DNA from: the human T2T-CHM13v2.0 reference genome, Homo sapiens
Strand: one strand, 5' to 3'
DNA length: 64,000 nucleotides
Assembly: GCF_009914755.1 (NCBI RefSeq)
Contig: NC_060944.1
Below the pieces are notes generated by a model. That model searched no databases, was not told where the DNA came from, and worked only from the letters and a program-made list of their open reading frames with translations. The position numbers were made by a program, and so were the translations under genes. Shown here one piece after another: positions 28,070-44,578 of the stretch. The number at the start of each line of letters is the position of its first letter. Position 1 is the stretch's first letter.

Positions 28070-28359
28070 TTATATTTGAAATGGGTCTTGCTTGTCTCCC
28101 AGGCTGGAGTACAGTAGCATGATCATAACTCACTATAACCTCAAATCCCTGGGCTCAAGCAATCCTCCCCGCTCCGCCTCCCAAGCAGCTGGGAGTGCAG
28201 GCATGTGCCACCATGCCTGACGAATATTTTGTTTTGTTTTGTACAAACAGGGTCTTGCTATGTTGCCCAGGCTGGTCTTAAACTCCTGGCCTCAAGTGAT
28301 CCTCCCACCTCAGCCTCCCAAAGTGCTGGGATTACAAGCATGAGCTGCTGCGCCCAGTC
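28070..28359 (-). mobile_element. AluJ
   Basis: Antisense Alu, TSD-like ccaaagcacc. Confidence 0.85.
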
Positions 28360-29369
28360 CCAAAGCACCTGTTCTTAATCACAGTGGATTAAATAGCTGT
28401 GCCTTTAACAGCTGCCAGTTCCCTTCTGGGACTTGCCTTTGGACCTAGCTTTGGACCTAGTTCATGTGCCACTGAGGATCCTCAGTCATGGCAGATTTAA
28501 ATCTTCCTCATTGTTGATCCCAGATAGCACACTCCCATTCTCTGCCTGCATGGTTCTCCCCCATTCACCTCCGAATGACCTGGAGCTATTGCCAGAAGGC
28601 AGACCTGCCCTCAAAGGATGGAGATTTGCCCATATTGACAATATGCCAGGAAAAAAAGAAAGAAAAAAAAGCCACCAACTCTAAAAGCAACTCCAAAAGC
28701 AAATTCCAAAAAGCTAGAAAAAGCACACAATCCTAGTAGGAAGAGAAAGGACAATGGTGCATGGGGAGTGTTGTTGAAACACTTGTTTATTGCCCCATAG
28801 CTTTGTTTGAGTTCATTGAGTTGTAAGAATTACATGAGGGTTTGAAGAAGTTTGTGCCTTACAGCCAAGTTTTTGGGAAAGGAAAATTAGTAGGGAAGAT
28901 GAGGTCCCTAGAGGGAGTTTGAGGGAGTTGATGGTCCCTTGGCAGCTGCCTGTCTTCCTTCAACACATATTTAAGAAGCACTTCCTGAGTGTCAAGGGCT
29001 GGTTTGGATGCTGGGGATATAGGCCAGAATAAGGACATGAACAAGGCAGGGAATGAACAAGGCCAGAATAAGGCAGATAAGGTCCCTGCCCCAATGGAAC
29101 TCATAGTCTAACAGGGGAGATAGTGAATAAACTTTTACATAGGATAGTTCCAGAGTGAGATGGTGCTTAGAAGGATATAAACAGGTGGTATGTGATTGGC
29201 AGGGCTAAGACCAGAAGGATGAGAAGGAGCCAGTTGTGTCAGAGTTAGAGGAAAAGTAGTTCACAGCAGGAAGTCAGGAGCAAAGACCCTGAGGCAGGAA
29301 TAAGCTTGGTATGGTGAAGGAGCAGAAAGAAGGCAATGTGGTATGGAGTGAGTGAGAGAATGGTAGGAT

Positions 29370-31000
<1,631 letters not shown>

Positions 31001-31350
31001 CACACGGGAAAAGAGATCAGAGAGGTGGGCAGGGGTCAAAACACGCGGGTTTATAGGCCCTGTGAGGCAATCTGTTAAGAAGCCTGTGAATGATTAGTAG
31101 GGATGAATTTGAATGTGTATGAACATTTAACATTAAACATTTCTTAAGATACAGGATACTTCCTTGCTATGCATATTTGTCCTTGGGGAGAAGAGAAGAA
31201 TGGAATCAGAGAGTGAAGCTCTTCCCAGCCTTACTGTGCGATTAGGCAGCTGCTCCCCTTCTCTGGCCTCAATGTCCCATCTATAAAATGAAGGGGATGG
31301 GCACGATGAGTGGTTTTGAAACTATCTTCAGAGTTTTCAAGAAGTGCTTG

Positions 31351-32260
<910 letters not shown>

Positions 32261-33754
32261 TCAGCCATCCAGTATTAGCTTTTCTATCACCTCATGGGCC
32301 AAGATGGCAGATGAAGCTCCAGCCATCACATCCCAACTGGAGGAACAAAAGTTGCGAAAGGGCATGTCCTCCCTTTTTAAGAAGCCTTCCCGAAAGTCCA
32401 TTATAACCCTTTTGCTTACATCTCATTGGCTAGTACGAGGGCACATGGGCCATACCTAGCTGCAAGAAGTACTTAGAAATGTCTGTCTTTCTTTTTCTTT
32501 CCCCCACCTCGCCCGGGGTATGTTTGGCTGATAAGAAGTGTCTTTATTTTAGGCTGCCACGTATCCAGCTGAAAACTGGGTTCGAGGGAAAGAGGATAAG
32601 AGGTATTTCTTCTTTACCACGTGATTTCTGAGGATCCTTCCAGCTCTGCTCGTTCTGAGCCTGTGAATAGCCTGGCACAGCTCTAATTCAGCTGACGCTT
32701 ACTGCACATTGACTATTGGAAGGCAATGCACCATCGTGCCAAACCATTCTCAGGTATAATGGTCCAGGAATTTGAGCGCATGGCTTGTCATTCTCCCAGG
32801 CTGCCACCTCCCTGTGGGAACCAGAATGAGACTGGAAGAGTGAGAGGGAGCCAGCCATGCAGAGAGCTGGAGGGAAAGGCAGTCCTTCATGGCAGGGACA
32901 TCCAGAACAAAGCCCTGCCTTGTTCATGTCCCTGGGTCTTCTGCACTCAATATGGGTTTCATCCACTGGTGGTCCCACAGATACATACTGGACACATAAA
33001 TGGATGCTGTATACAGAGAAGTCCTAGTTTGTTGGAGAATCTCAGCAGCACAGGCATGGTGGTGAAGAATCCCAGAGGTTCACTGGGCCCAGCAGCAGGA
33101 AAGCCAGCTGACTTCAGCTGGATAGCAAGAGGCAAAGGGCCTGATCAAGGGTGAGCAGTCACCGGGAGGTGGTGCTGGTCAAGATTTTCTTTCCAGCCAA
33201 GATCCCTGTTCCCCCCTCATTCTTTCCAGACAGCGCTGTCTTACCTCACCAAAAGTAAGTGAGCAGATCAGCCTTAGCCTCTTGCTGCTTGTTGGGTCTG
33301 AGCTGATGTTGTCCCACTGGGACAGCTCTTTGCTGGTCCAGATCCAGGTAGAGGGGACACACATTCCAAGTCTGGAATTCACCGAAGGTTGGCTGCAGGT
33401 GCTTTCCAAGAGGTCGGGGGGTGGCAGGGGGCCGCAGATCCTGGTTTTATCCTGATATTCCAGCCCCACTGGGAGATCTACTCTGGCTTTCCTTTGAAAA
33501 TCCTTTTGAGGTAGCATCTGAAAGATTAGCTGAAGACCTGGCCTATAGTAGCTACTCAGGTAATATGAATTCCTTCCTTCTCTAACCCCTGACAGCCTGA
33601 TCGGGTCTTTCTGGTGAGGTCCCCAAATCTTTCTCATTTATTCTAAAAATATTTATCATGCCTACCATGTGATAAGGTCCATGCTGGGGCTGGGAATCAG
33701 AAGATTAAGCCACAGACTCAGCTCATTGTCAAGGGTGGGGGAGATGGGAGTAAG

Positions 33755-34331
<577 letters not shown>

Positions 34332-35094
34332 CTAGAGTCTAGCAAGATAAGTGTCGCACAGCTGGACCATCAAGGAACACTTTCTTGTCACTGGTCCGAG
34401 GCCTGTGTAAGTGACACAGGCCTTGGATAGCGTATGTGGGAGCAATGGCAAACAGGCTGCTTGGGTCCCCAGCCTCACCAGCTGACAGTTCCATGGGCAG
34501 GGAAAGTGGCTGCAGGGCATATCATTGTGCAGAAGGCAGCAAGAGAAGTGGGACAGGGAACACTCCCTAAGGAGGTGAGGCTTGGGAATTGCGACTGACC
34601 TTGGAGGTGTGGAAGGTGTTTGCTGAGCAAGCAGTCTCTGTTGGGTGTGGAGAATGAGTGGCATGTCTGTCACAGCACTGTTGTGTGAGGGAAAGATTGG
34701 AACGACCTCACTGTCTAGCAAGAGGGAAATAGGTAGGTAAATTGCAGTTTATTTGTACAAAATGGAAAACTTTTAGAGAAGCTAATACAACCACATGATC
34801 CACATGATCAACATGGCCAAGTCTCTGAAACATAAAGTTGAATTTTTAGAAAGTTGATTAGATTTATATGTAACCTTTAACTAGGTTACATGCAATGTGA
34901 TGATGATAAGAGCTAGAATTCTTTGAGAGCTTTCTGTGTGCCAAGGTACTGTTCTAAATGCTTTGCTTTGATAATACATTAATCCTCTCAGTAGCCCTAT
35001 AAATGGATATATTAATTAGCTTGGCTGTACTATTCATTTAACTACATACATGTAGATCAAAATATCATATTGTATATCGTAAATATATACAACC

Positions 35095-35710
35095 TTTTTT
35101 TATTTTTTATTTTTATTATTATTTTTTGAGACGGAGTCTTGCTCTGTTGCCCAGGCTGGAGTGCAGTGGCACGATCTCAGCTCACTGCAAGCTCTGTCTC
35201 ACAGGTTCGCCATTCTCCTGCCTCAGCCTCCCAAGTAGCTGGGATTACAGGTGCCCACCACCACGTGTGGCTAATTTTTTGTATTTTTAGTAGAGACGGG
35301 GTTTCGCCGTGTTAGCCAGGATGGTCTCGATCTCCCGACCTCGTGATCCACCTACCTTGGCTTCCCAAAGTTCTAGGATTACAGGCGTGAGCCACCGCGC
35401 CCGGTCAACTTTTTTAAATTTTTTTTGAGACAAGGTCTCACCCTCCCACCCTGGCTGGAGTGCAGTGGCACGATCATGGCTGACTGCAGCCTCAACCTTC
35501 CAGGCTCAAGCGATTTTCCCATGTAGCCTCCTAGGTAGCTGAGACCACAGGCACACACCACAACACTTGGCTAATTTTTTGATATTTTTGGATAGATGGG
35601 GTGTTGCCATGTTGCCCCAGGCTGGTCTTGAACTCCTGGGCTCAAGTGATCTGCCCACCTCAGCCTCCCAAAGTGCTGGGATTACAGAAGTGGCCACCAC
35701 ACCCAACCAC
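35095..35710 (-). mobile_element. Tandem antisense Alus (AluY-like + AluJ)
   Basis: Alu consensus. Confidence 0.9.
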
Positions 35711-36149
35711 AATTGAAAAAAAACAAAAACAACAACAAAAAAACAGCTTTATGATGTGGGAACTGTTATCTCTATTATGTGGATGAGGAGCTAAGGCACA
35801 GAGTGGTAAAGTCACCTGCCCAAGTTAGCTAGTGGCATAGTCAACATTGGAACAAAGCATTCTGGCTTAACCTACAATCTTCATCATTCCACTCCATAGA
35901 AAGCACGCAGAAGAACACTCCCCTCCTTTTTGATGTCTATAGTAAAAGTGCAATCATACATTAAAACACATTACCCTCTGGGAAGGATGATGGCAGGATG
36001 AGCTTGTATTTAGGTGTGTGTTTTTTGTTTTGTTTGTTTTGTTTTGTTTTTTAAACCTGAAACAAAGCAAAGTTAGTTTCTGCTGATTTGGGTCATGGGT
36101 ATATAAATTATTAAATTATTTTCTGTATTTGCCTGGATGGTTTGAAATA

Positions 36150-36960
36150 TTTCATAGTTTTTATTTGAAATTTTCATTGAGGTCATTGTACATTTACATG
36201 CAGTTGTAAGAAATAAGACAGCAACCTCCCATGTACCCTTTACCCAATTTCCCCCAATGGTAACATTTTGCAAAACTATAGTACAGTATCACAACCAGGA
36301 TATTGACATTGATACAATTTACCCATCTTACTCAGTTTTCTTGTACTTACTTCTGAGTGTGTGAGTGCATGCCTGTGTGTGTGTGTGTGTGTGTGTGTGT
36401 ATTTCTGTGCAGTTTTATCGTGTGTGGGTTTATGTATCCACTACTATAGTTAATACACTGAACAGTTCCATTATCACAAGGATCCTTGTGTTGCCAGTTT
36501 ATAACCACACCCACCTCCCTAAACATATACACCCCATTCCTAACCTCTGCCAACTACTAATCTCTTCTCCATGCTATTGTTTTAAAATGTTTATATAAAT
36601 GGAACCATACAATACATAACCTTTGAGATTGCCCACCCTCCCTGACCCAAGGATAATTCCCTTGACATCATCCAAATTGTTGCCTGTATTGATACTGTGT
36701 TCCTTTTTTTGGTGGGGTTCATATTCCATGATACAGAGGTACAGCAGTTTGTTTAACTGTTTACTTGTGAGTGACGTCTGGGTTGTTTCCAGTTGGGGGC
36801 TATTTTATGAATAAAGCTGCAAGGGACATTGGTGTATAGGCTTGTGTGAACATAAGTTTTCATTTTTCTTGAATAAATGCCTAAGAGTACAATTGCTGGG
36901 TCATGTAACTGCATGCCTAACTGCCAAACTGTTTTCCAGAATGGCTGTTCCCATTTCATA
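36150..36960 (-). mobile_element. Old L1M 3' fragment containing a (TG)n tract at ~36374-36400
   Basis: Typical antisense L1M 3' sequence (tacatgcagttgtaagaaataa..., ataaagctgc...gaacataagttttcatt...aattgctgggtcat). Confidence 0.7.
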
Positions 36961-37157
36961 CTTTTAAGGAAAGGATTTTGGCTGGCAGAAGGCACTTCCC
37001 CCCTCCAGCTGGAGGGAAGAAGTATACAGAGATCTAGAACTTGAAAGTGCATTGTGAACATGGAACAGCAAGGGGTTTCGTGCTGCTGAGAGGTAGTCTG
37101 GGTTTAGCTGAAGAGGGAACACAGGTTTGCTCCTCATTTGTTCAGTCAAGAAGTATT

Positions 37158-37472
37158 GACCGGGCGCGGTGGCCCACACCTGTAATCCCAACACTGGGAG
37201 GCCTAAGTAGGCAGATCACTTGAGTCCAGGAGTTCGAGACCAGCCTGGGCAACATGGCGAAACCCCGTCTCTACAAAAAAAATGTAAAAAATTAGCTGGG
37301 CCTGGTGGCACTTATCTGTAGTCCCAGCTACTCAGGAGGCTGAGATGGGAAGGTCTTGCCTTGAGCCTGGAGGCGGAGATTGCAGTGAGCCGAGATCACG
37401 CCACTGCCCTCCAGCCTGGGTGACACCTGGGTGACAGCAAGATCCTATCTCAAAAAAGAAAAAGAAAAGAAA
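37158..37472 (+). mobile_element. Alu with 11-nt internal tandem duplication (cctgggtgaca)x2
   Basis: Alu consensus. Confidence 0.88.
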
Positions 37473-38183
37473 AATATTTACCAAGCTCTTGGGTGTGCCA
37501 GACACTATTCTGCGCATACTGGAGCACTGCCTTCCCACAGCAAGGACAGAGGTGAAATAATTATGAGATGGACTGTGTATGAGGGGGAAGCAGGGGCTTG
37601 GGAGGGCATGATAGGGGCACCTGCAGACCCCTGCTCCCTTCCATAGCGCAGGGACTATGCCTGTCTTGTTTTCCTCCAGGTCCCAATACATAGTAGGCAA
37701 TCAATAAATGTTTTTTAAATGTTGAATGAATGATTCAAATCCAGTATACATAGTCCCTGTGAGTGTGACCTGGCCGTTGCTTCTGTAAGCAGCTGCATGT
37801 CCCAGTCCTGCCATGTAGGTAAAAGGGCAAAGGCTTGGTCCAGACACCCCACCCTGGAATGAATTACCGCACCGCAGATTGGAAGCCAGTGTGACATATA
37901 AAAGGTTGGAATGCTCTCCTGTAAAGTTTTAATTGTTCGACAAGCAAAGAGGGTTGTAAATTCCATGTGGCGGGACAGTATTGCATATTGTGCCTGTTGC
38001 CGCCGCCACCAAGGTTCCTTATCAGCCCGTTGGTATTTCACAACCTCTCGTGTTTCTTGCGTGTTGCAGGGGCCCCTCCGCAGGGTCTCTGGGGCATGGT
38101 GCAACACCATCCTTTTTCCCGTGGGGGTGGCAGCCAGGCTCTCTGTGCGTCCTCTGACTTCCCTCATTCCATCTCCTGTCTAG

Positions 38184-38376
38184 ATTTTCTCCAAAGGAAC
38201 ATCCGGTGCTTGCCCTGCCAGGAGCCCCAGCCCAGTTCCCCGTCCTAGAGGAACACAGGCCACTACAGAAGTACATGGTATGGTCAGACGAAATGGTGAA
38301 GACGGGAGAGGCCCAGATTCATGCCCACCTTGTCCGGCCCTATGTGGGCATTCATCTGCGCATTGGCTCTGACTGG
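38184..38376 (+). CDS. POFUT1: POFUT1 exon 5 (193 nt)
   Basis: ctgtctag|ATTTTCT; [19 protein letters not shown]...[12 protein letters not shown] (catalytic-region R240); donor TGG|GTAACT. Confidence 0.97.
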
Positions 38377-39039
38377 GTAACTTCCCCCTTCCTCTCTCAC
38401 TGGCTAACTTGGATGTGTCCCTGAGCATGGCCCTGGCCTGTAGGGATCGGCCCCGCGTCCCAGCCAGAGCAGAGATCTCTCACTTGTTCTGGTTCGTGGG
38501 ATTGTGTCCCATCATCCCACTGCAGCACATATCAAAATGTAACTCCAGAGTGCCTGCCAGCCAGGTCTCACTTTAGCAGCAGCTGTTTTTATCCTCATTT
38601 TACAGATGGATAAACTGAGAGATCAAGCCAGACCCCAGGTCAGGCAGCAAGCCATAAAGAGGCCACAGTCCAGGAGTCCCCTGTCCTAGCTCAGTGTCTG
38701 GCTGGTAGACTCCGTGTTGAAAAACTGACTGTGGAGATGAGGCATGGCTCCCAAGAAATGAAGATGTCATCCTAACAGAATTTGGAGGCTGTTTAAATGT
38801 GCAGAATCCTTGTATTCCAATGAGGTTTTCACCTCTGTGTGAAAATAACAGAATCAATATAGATGGTCACCTTGATTTACCTAAGAAGATATATAGATAT
38901 GTTAGAAATGCTCATTGCAGAAAACTTGAAAAATACTAAAATTAAAATTCACTCATAGCCAATTGATGAGGTAATCTTACATTTACCCACTAAACTCTCC
39001 TCTTTCCCCCAGCCCCCACAAAGAAAGGGAGCCAGAGCC

Positions 39040-39620
39040 AGGATGTCTTATGAGTGGCTCCAACCAGACATTCAAGGAATAGTAATTCCCATCTATACTT
39101 TCCTACAACATCAAGAGATATAAGATTCTATTTTTTATAAAGCTAGCATAACACTAATACCAAACTCAGATAAGGTCAGCTCAGAAAATTATAGCCTGTT
39201 CTTGCTTATGAACACAAATGCATAGGCCCTAAGTGAAATATTAACAGGTCAAAGCCAATAACATATTAGCACACAACACAAAACACGTAAAAATCTATCG
39301 CAAGAATGTAATCAAATTTACTATATTAACACCCAAAGAAGAAAAATCATATGATCATCTCAATAGAGGCCAAGAAAGCATTTGATAAAAGTCACCACCT
39401 GTTCATGATAAAAACTCATAACTAACCAGGAATAGAATGGACCCACCTTAACTTGATAAAGGCTATCTCTCGAAACCACAGCAGATAGCATACCTCCTGG
39501 GGAGCTATTGGAAGTGTTCCCACTGTAGTTGGGAATCATATAAGGCTGCCCGTTAGTACTGCCACTGTTCAGAATTCAGTGAATGTCCCAGATAATGCAG
39601 TAAGACCAAGAAAAGTAATT
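39040..39620 (+). mobile_element. Degenerate L1 ORF2 fragment
   Basis: Remnants aatcatatgatcatctcaatagaggcc..aaagcatttgataaaa..ttcatgataaaaactc, corresponding to L1 RT HMIISIDAEKAFDK. Confidence 0.75.
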
Positions 39621-39699
39621 TTTGTTTCAAAATGCCAGGCTTTCTGTGCTGTGCCCACCGCCCAGAAAGAACCACTGTTAACTCCTCCTCCTTCAATGC

Positions 39700-40709
<1,010 letters not shown>

Positions 40710-40735
40710 TTAACCCTGTTCCCCGCTCTCCGTAG

Positions 40736-40978
40736 AAGAACGCCTGTGCCATGCTGAAGGACGGGACTGCAGGCTCGCACTTCATGGCCTCTCCGCAGTG
40801 TGTGGGCTACAGCCGCAGCACAGCGGCCCCCCTCACGATGACTATGTGCCTGCCTGACCTGAAGGAGATCCAGAGGGCTGTGAAGCTCTGGGTGAGGTCG
40901 CTGGATGCCCAGTCGGTCTACGTTGCTACTGATTCCGAGAGTTATGTGCCTGAGCTCCAACAGCTCTTCAAAGGGAAG
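40736..40978 (+). CDS. POFUT1: POFUT1 exon 6 (243 nt)
   Basis: ctctccgtag|AAGAAC; [10 protein letters not shown]...SVYVATDSE...FKGK; donor AAG|GTATGT. Confidence 0.97.
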
Positions 40979-41484
40979 GTATGTGTGGGCCAAGTGGGAG
41001 TGCAGTAGGAAGGGAATGAAAGGAGGAGCCAGGATGGTCCCACTGCCCACTGCATGCTTCACGGGCTCCCCTACAAGCCTTTTGCCTGGACCTACCATTC
41101 CTCTTCAGTTCCTACCCTCCTTCAAACCCCAGCTCAGAGGCCTCCTCCGTAGTCTTTCCAGGTTTTCATCCACTCCTGGAGCTCACGTATCCCTGCTGGG
41201 ACCTTCGTGGCCCTATATCATTTCTTCTCTCGGGCACTTTCTGGACTGTATGAGACTGGTGTAGAAATATGTCTTATTTCCTCCCAGGAGCTGTGGGCTC
41301 CTTGAAGGCAGGGTCCAAGGCTGACTCACTGTTAACATTCCTTGATGTCTAGCCTGGTGCTTCGACCTCTTTGGGACTGAAACCCTGCCTTACCATCACC
41401 AGTGTCTAGTACAGTGCCTGACACTTAGTAGGCAGTCAGTTTGTTGAATGAGGATGTAGAGAGTGGGCTCTGGGGAGAGATCCA

Positions 41485-41705
41485 GTATAGTGGAGGAGTT
41501 AATAGCAGAGACTCTGGAGTCAGAGAACTTGAATTTACCCACTCTGCAGCCTTGAAAAAGTTATTTGACCTCTCTGTGCTTCTGTTTCCTCATCTATAAA
41601 ATGGGACTGAATAGTACCTATCTCATAGGGCAGTTGTGAAGGTCAGATGTAAAGAAATTGAAACAGTTCCTGCTACAAAATAAGTGCTCAATAAAGTTAG
41701 CTATC
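41485..41705 (+). mobile_element. MIR
   Basis: gttatttgacctctctgtgcttctgtttcctcatctataaaatggg core. Confidence 0.7.
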
Positions 41706-42112
41706 ATCAGTAGTAGAAATTGGTGGCTGATGAATGAAGGAAAGGATCTTTGTGCTTAGCAAACTGTTGAAGAAGCCGTGAATAGTGAGTATTCAGTACA
41801 TGAGTAAATACTAGAATGTTCTTGGTCAGTGCTTACTATATCAGTGAAGAGTAATACTCAGGCAATGAGTGAGTACGTATTGATAAAATGACTGAATTAG
41901 TATTAAGCATTCCATAGGACTTTGTAGGATGAGTGAAAACCGTAAATGCTGTGCAGGCCTTAAGAGGCAGACACTGGGTACCGCTGGCTTTATATCAAGG
42001 GCCTCCCCTTCTCTTTCACCCCAGACACAGGAAGCTCCAGTGCAGAGAGGAAGTGCTAAGTCAGCACATTCTAATCTCCTCCCCACCTACTGAACAGAAA
42101 ATCAGAGCTGGG

Positions 42113-42262
42113 GCTGGGCACAGTGGCTCATGCCTGTAATCCCAGGCCAAGGCAGGAGAATTGCTTGAGGCCAGAAGTTCGAGACCAGCCTGGCCTAACA
42201 TAGCGAGACCCCCATCTCTATTTAAAAAAAAGAAAGAAAGAAAGAAAGAAAAGCAGAAGAAA
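42113..42262 (+). mobile_element. Alu left monomer
   Basis: Monomer with A-rich tail. Confidence 0.75.
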
Positions 42263-43817
42263 AATATAATTAAGAGAAAATCAGAGCTGAGAGATCTCAG
42301 GGGTTGTCTAACCCAACCCCTCTATTTTATAGCTGAGGAAACCAAAATTCCAAGAAAGGATAGAGTTTACCCAAGCAGTCCCAGAGCTAATTATAATGGG
42401 CATGACACAGAGTGGGTAAGTTTCAGAATGTGAGTGGAATTGTTTGGGGGATTTTGGCCATGATTAAACTGGTATTATTTCTTTGCTACAATCCAGATAG
42501 CAAGATGATGATTTTTGTTACATCAGAAATCTCTGTGGAACAGCAAAGCACTTTCAGCCCCAACTCTGCCCACATTCCCCCCACCTACCTACAACCCCCA
42601 ACTACCTCTATACTAAGCTGAAGCATTTGGAGAGTCCCAGGGAGTTTTTTTGTGAGTTTTTGGAGTCAGTGTATCTGTTACACCTTGAACCTCTTGCCAT
42701 TTTCTATTTCCTGTCCCTATGCCAGTCTTCTCATCCCTCCCCACCCCTCAACTCCCTTCTCCATGGGTTCAGAGGCCACCTTTATCCTGAACTAAGCCTT
42801 CCTCCTCCATTAAGCTGGTCCAGTGCTGAGTAAGGGTACCAGTAAATAAGATGTGGTCCCGCTCTCCAGGGCTCACATTCTAGACCCAGGAAAAGAGACT
42901 GCAGAGAGCTATAACGTGGGCCACAAGGTGGATTCAGGAGCTTGCTAGAGAGATGGGCAGGTCCATTCATTCACCTGTCCACTCACCAGATTTTTACTGG
43001 GGCAGGCTCTGTGCTGGGCCTGGCCAGCAGTGGAGAGCAAACCAACACAGCTCTAGCCCCAGTCAGGGGCAGGAGATGATGCTAATCAGAGAATCACTAA
43101 GGAGTGGAAACTATAAGCAGAGATGTGTGCTCCAAAGTAGAGCAGCAGGGTTCTGTGAGAGTGAAGAGCAGAGGATGCTGGCCTAGGCTAGAGGGCCAGG
43201 GAGCGCTTCCCCAAGGAGGCACCACTGAAGCCGAGATGCGAAGGAGAACTAGGAGCTAACCAGGTAAAGGGAGGTACACCCCAAACAGCACAGCACGCAC
43301 AAAGGTCCTGAGGAGGGCGGGAGCCTGGGTAGGGGCTGGATGATGGGGGTGGGATAAGAAGAGGCCCAGCGAGGACCTTGTAGGCCACGTTCACAATTTG
43401 TCACCCTTATCTGAAGGGCAATAGGGCATCATTAAAGGGTGTTCCACTTGGAGGGCGGGAAGGACAGGTGTGAGGTTATCTCGAAAAGTTTCTTCTGGCT
43501 GCTCTGTGGTGAGCAGACCAGGAGAGGCAGTGAGGGGACCAGGGAGAGGCTGTTGCAGTCCATCAGGCAAGAGATTGTGATGATTGGGCCCAAGGAGTGG
43601 CCCTCCCTCAAGAGAAGGGCTCACCTTTGGGGAATATCTCAGGGGTAGATTGGACGGACCTTGGGCTTGGATTTGGGGTACATGGGAGATGGAGGCATCC
43701 AGCCCAGAATTGGAAGGTGTGGAGCTCTCTGTTCCCCTCTCTGGTTTGGTGGGGAAGTCCACCAGGCCAGGGCTTTAGGAAAAATAGAATTTGAGCTTAG
43801 CCTTAAGAGTCTGGTCA

Positions 43818-44088
43818 GGCCAAGCACAGTGGCTCACACCTGTAATCCCAGCTATTTGGGAGGCTGAGGCAGGAGGATCACTTGAATCTCAGAGTTCAAG
43901 ACCAGCCTGAGCAACATAGCAAGACTCCTCCTCTAAAAAAATTGTTTTAAATTAACCACGTGTGGTGGTGCACACTTGTAGTCCCAGCTACTTGGGAGGC
44001 TGAGGTGGGAGATTGCTTGAGCCTGGGAGGTTAAGACCCACCTGGGCAGTATAGCAAAAGCCCATCTCAAAAAATTAATAAAATAAAA
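43818..44088 (+). mobile_element. AluJ-like (divergent)
   Basis: Alu consensus. Confidence 0.82.
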
Positions 44089-44389
44089 GAGTCTGGTCGG
44101 TATTTTAATGGGTGTTGAAGCAGCATTCCAGGCAGAGGGAACAGCACAAGTGAAGACATGAAGGTGTGAATGGTGTGTTTGGAGCTGAGGCTCCTGGAGC
44201 CCGGAAGGGTGGGGTGGGCCTAGGCAGCAGCTGGGCAATGCTTCCCTCAGACACTGAACCACATCTTCCTCTTCTCTGCCCCTCCTTTTGTGTCTGTAAC
44301 TGCAGCTCAGGGAATAAGGTTGGGGGTGTGGATGGCAGGCCTTGGCCTGTAGCCACCCCAGCTTATATGCTCTGTGCTTCTTCCTGCAG

Positions 44390-44578
44390 GTGAAGGTGGT
44401 GAGCCTGAAGCCTGAGGTGGCCCAGGTCGACCTGTACATCCTCGGCCAAGCCGACCACTTTATTGGCAACTGTGTCTCCTCCTTCACTGCCTTTGTGAAG
44501 CGGGAGCGGGACCTCCAGGGGAGGCCGTCTTCTTTCTTCGGCATGGACAGGCCCCCTAAGCTGCGGGACGAGTTCTGA
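44390..44578 (+). CDS. POFUT1: POFUT1 exon 7 coding part (189 nt), ends in KDEL-like RDEF
   Basis: ttcctgcag|GTGAAG; [27 protein letters not shown]...RDEF*. The exons sum to 1167 nt = 388 aa + stop. Confidence 0.98.
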
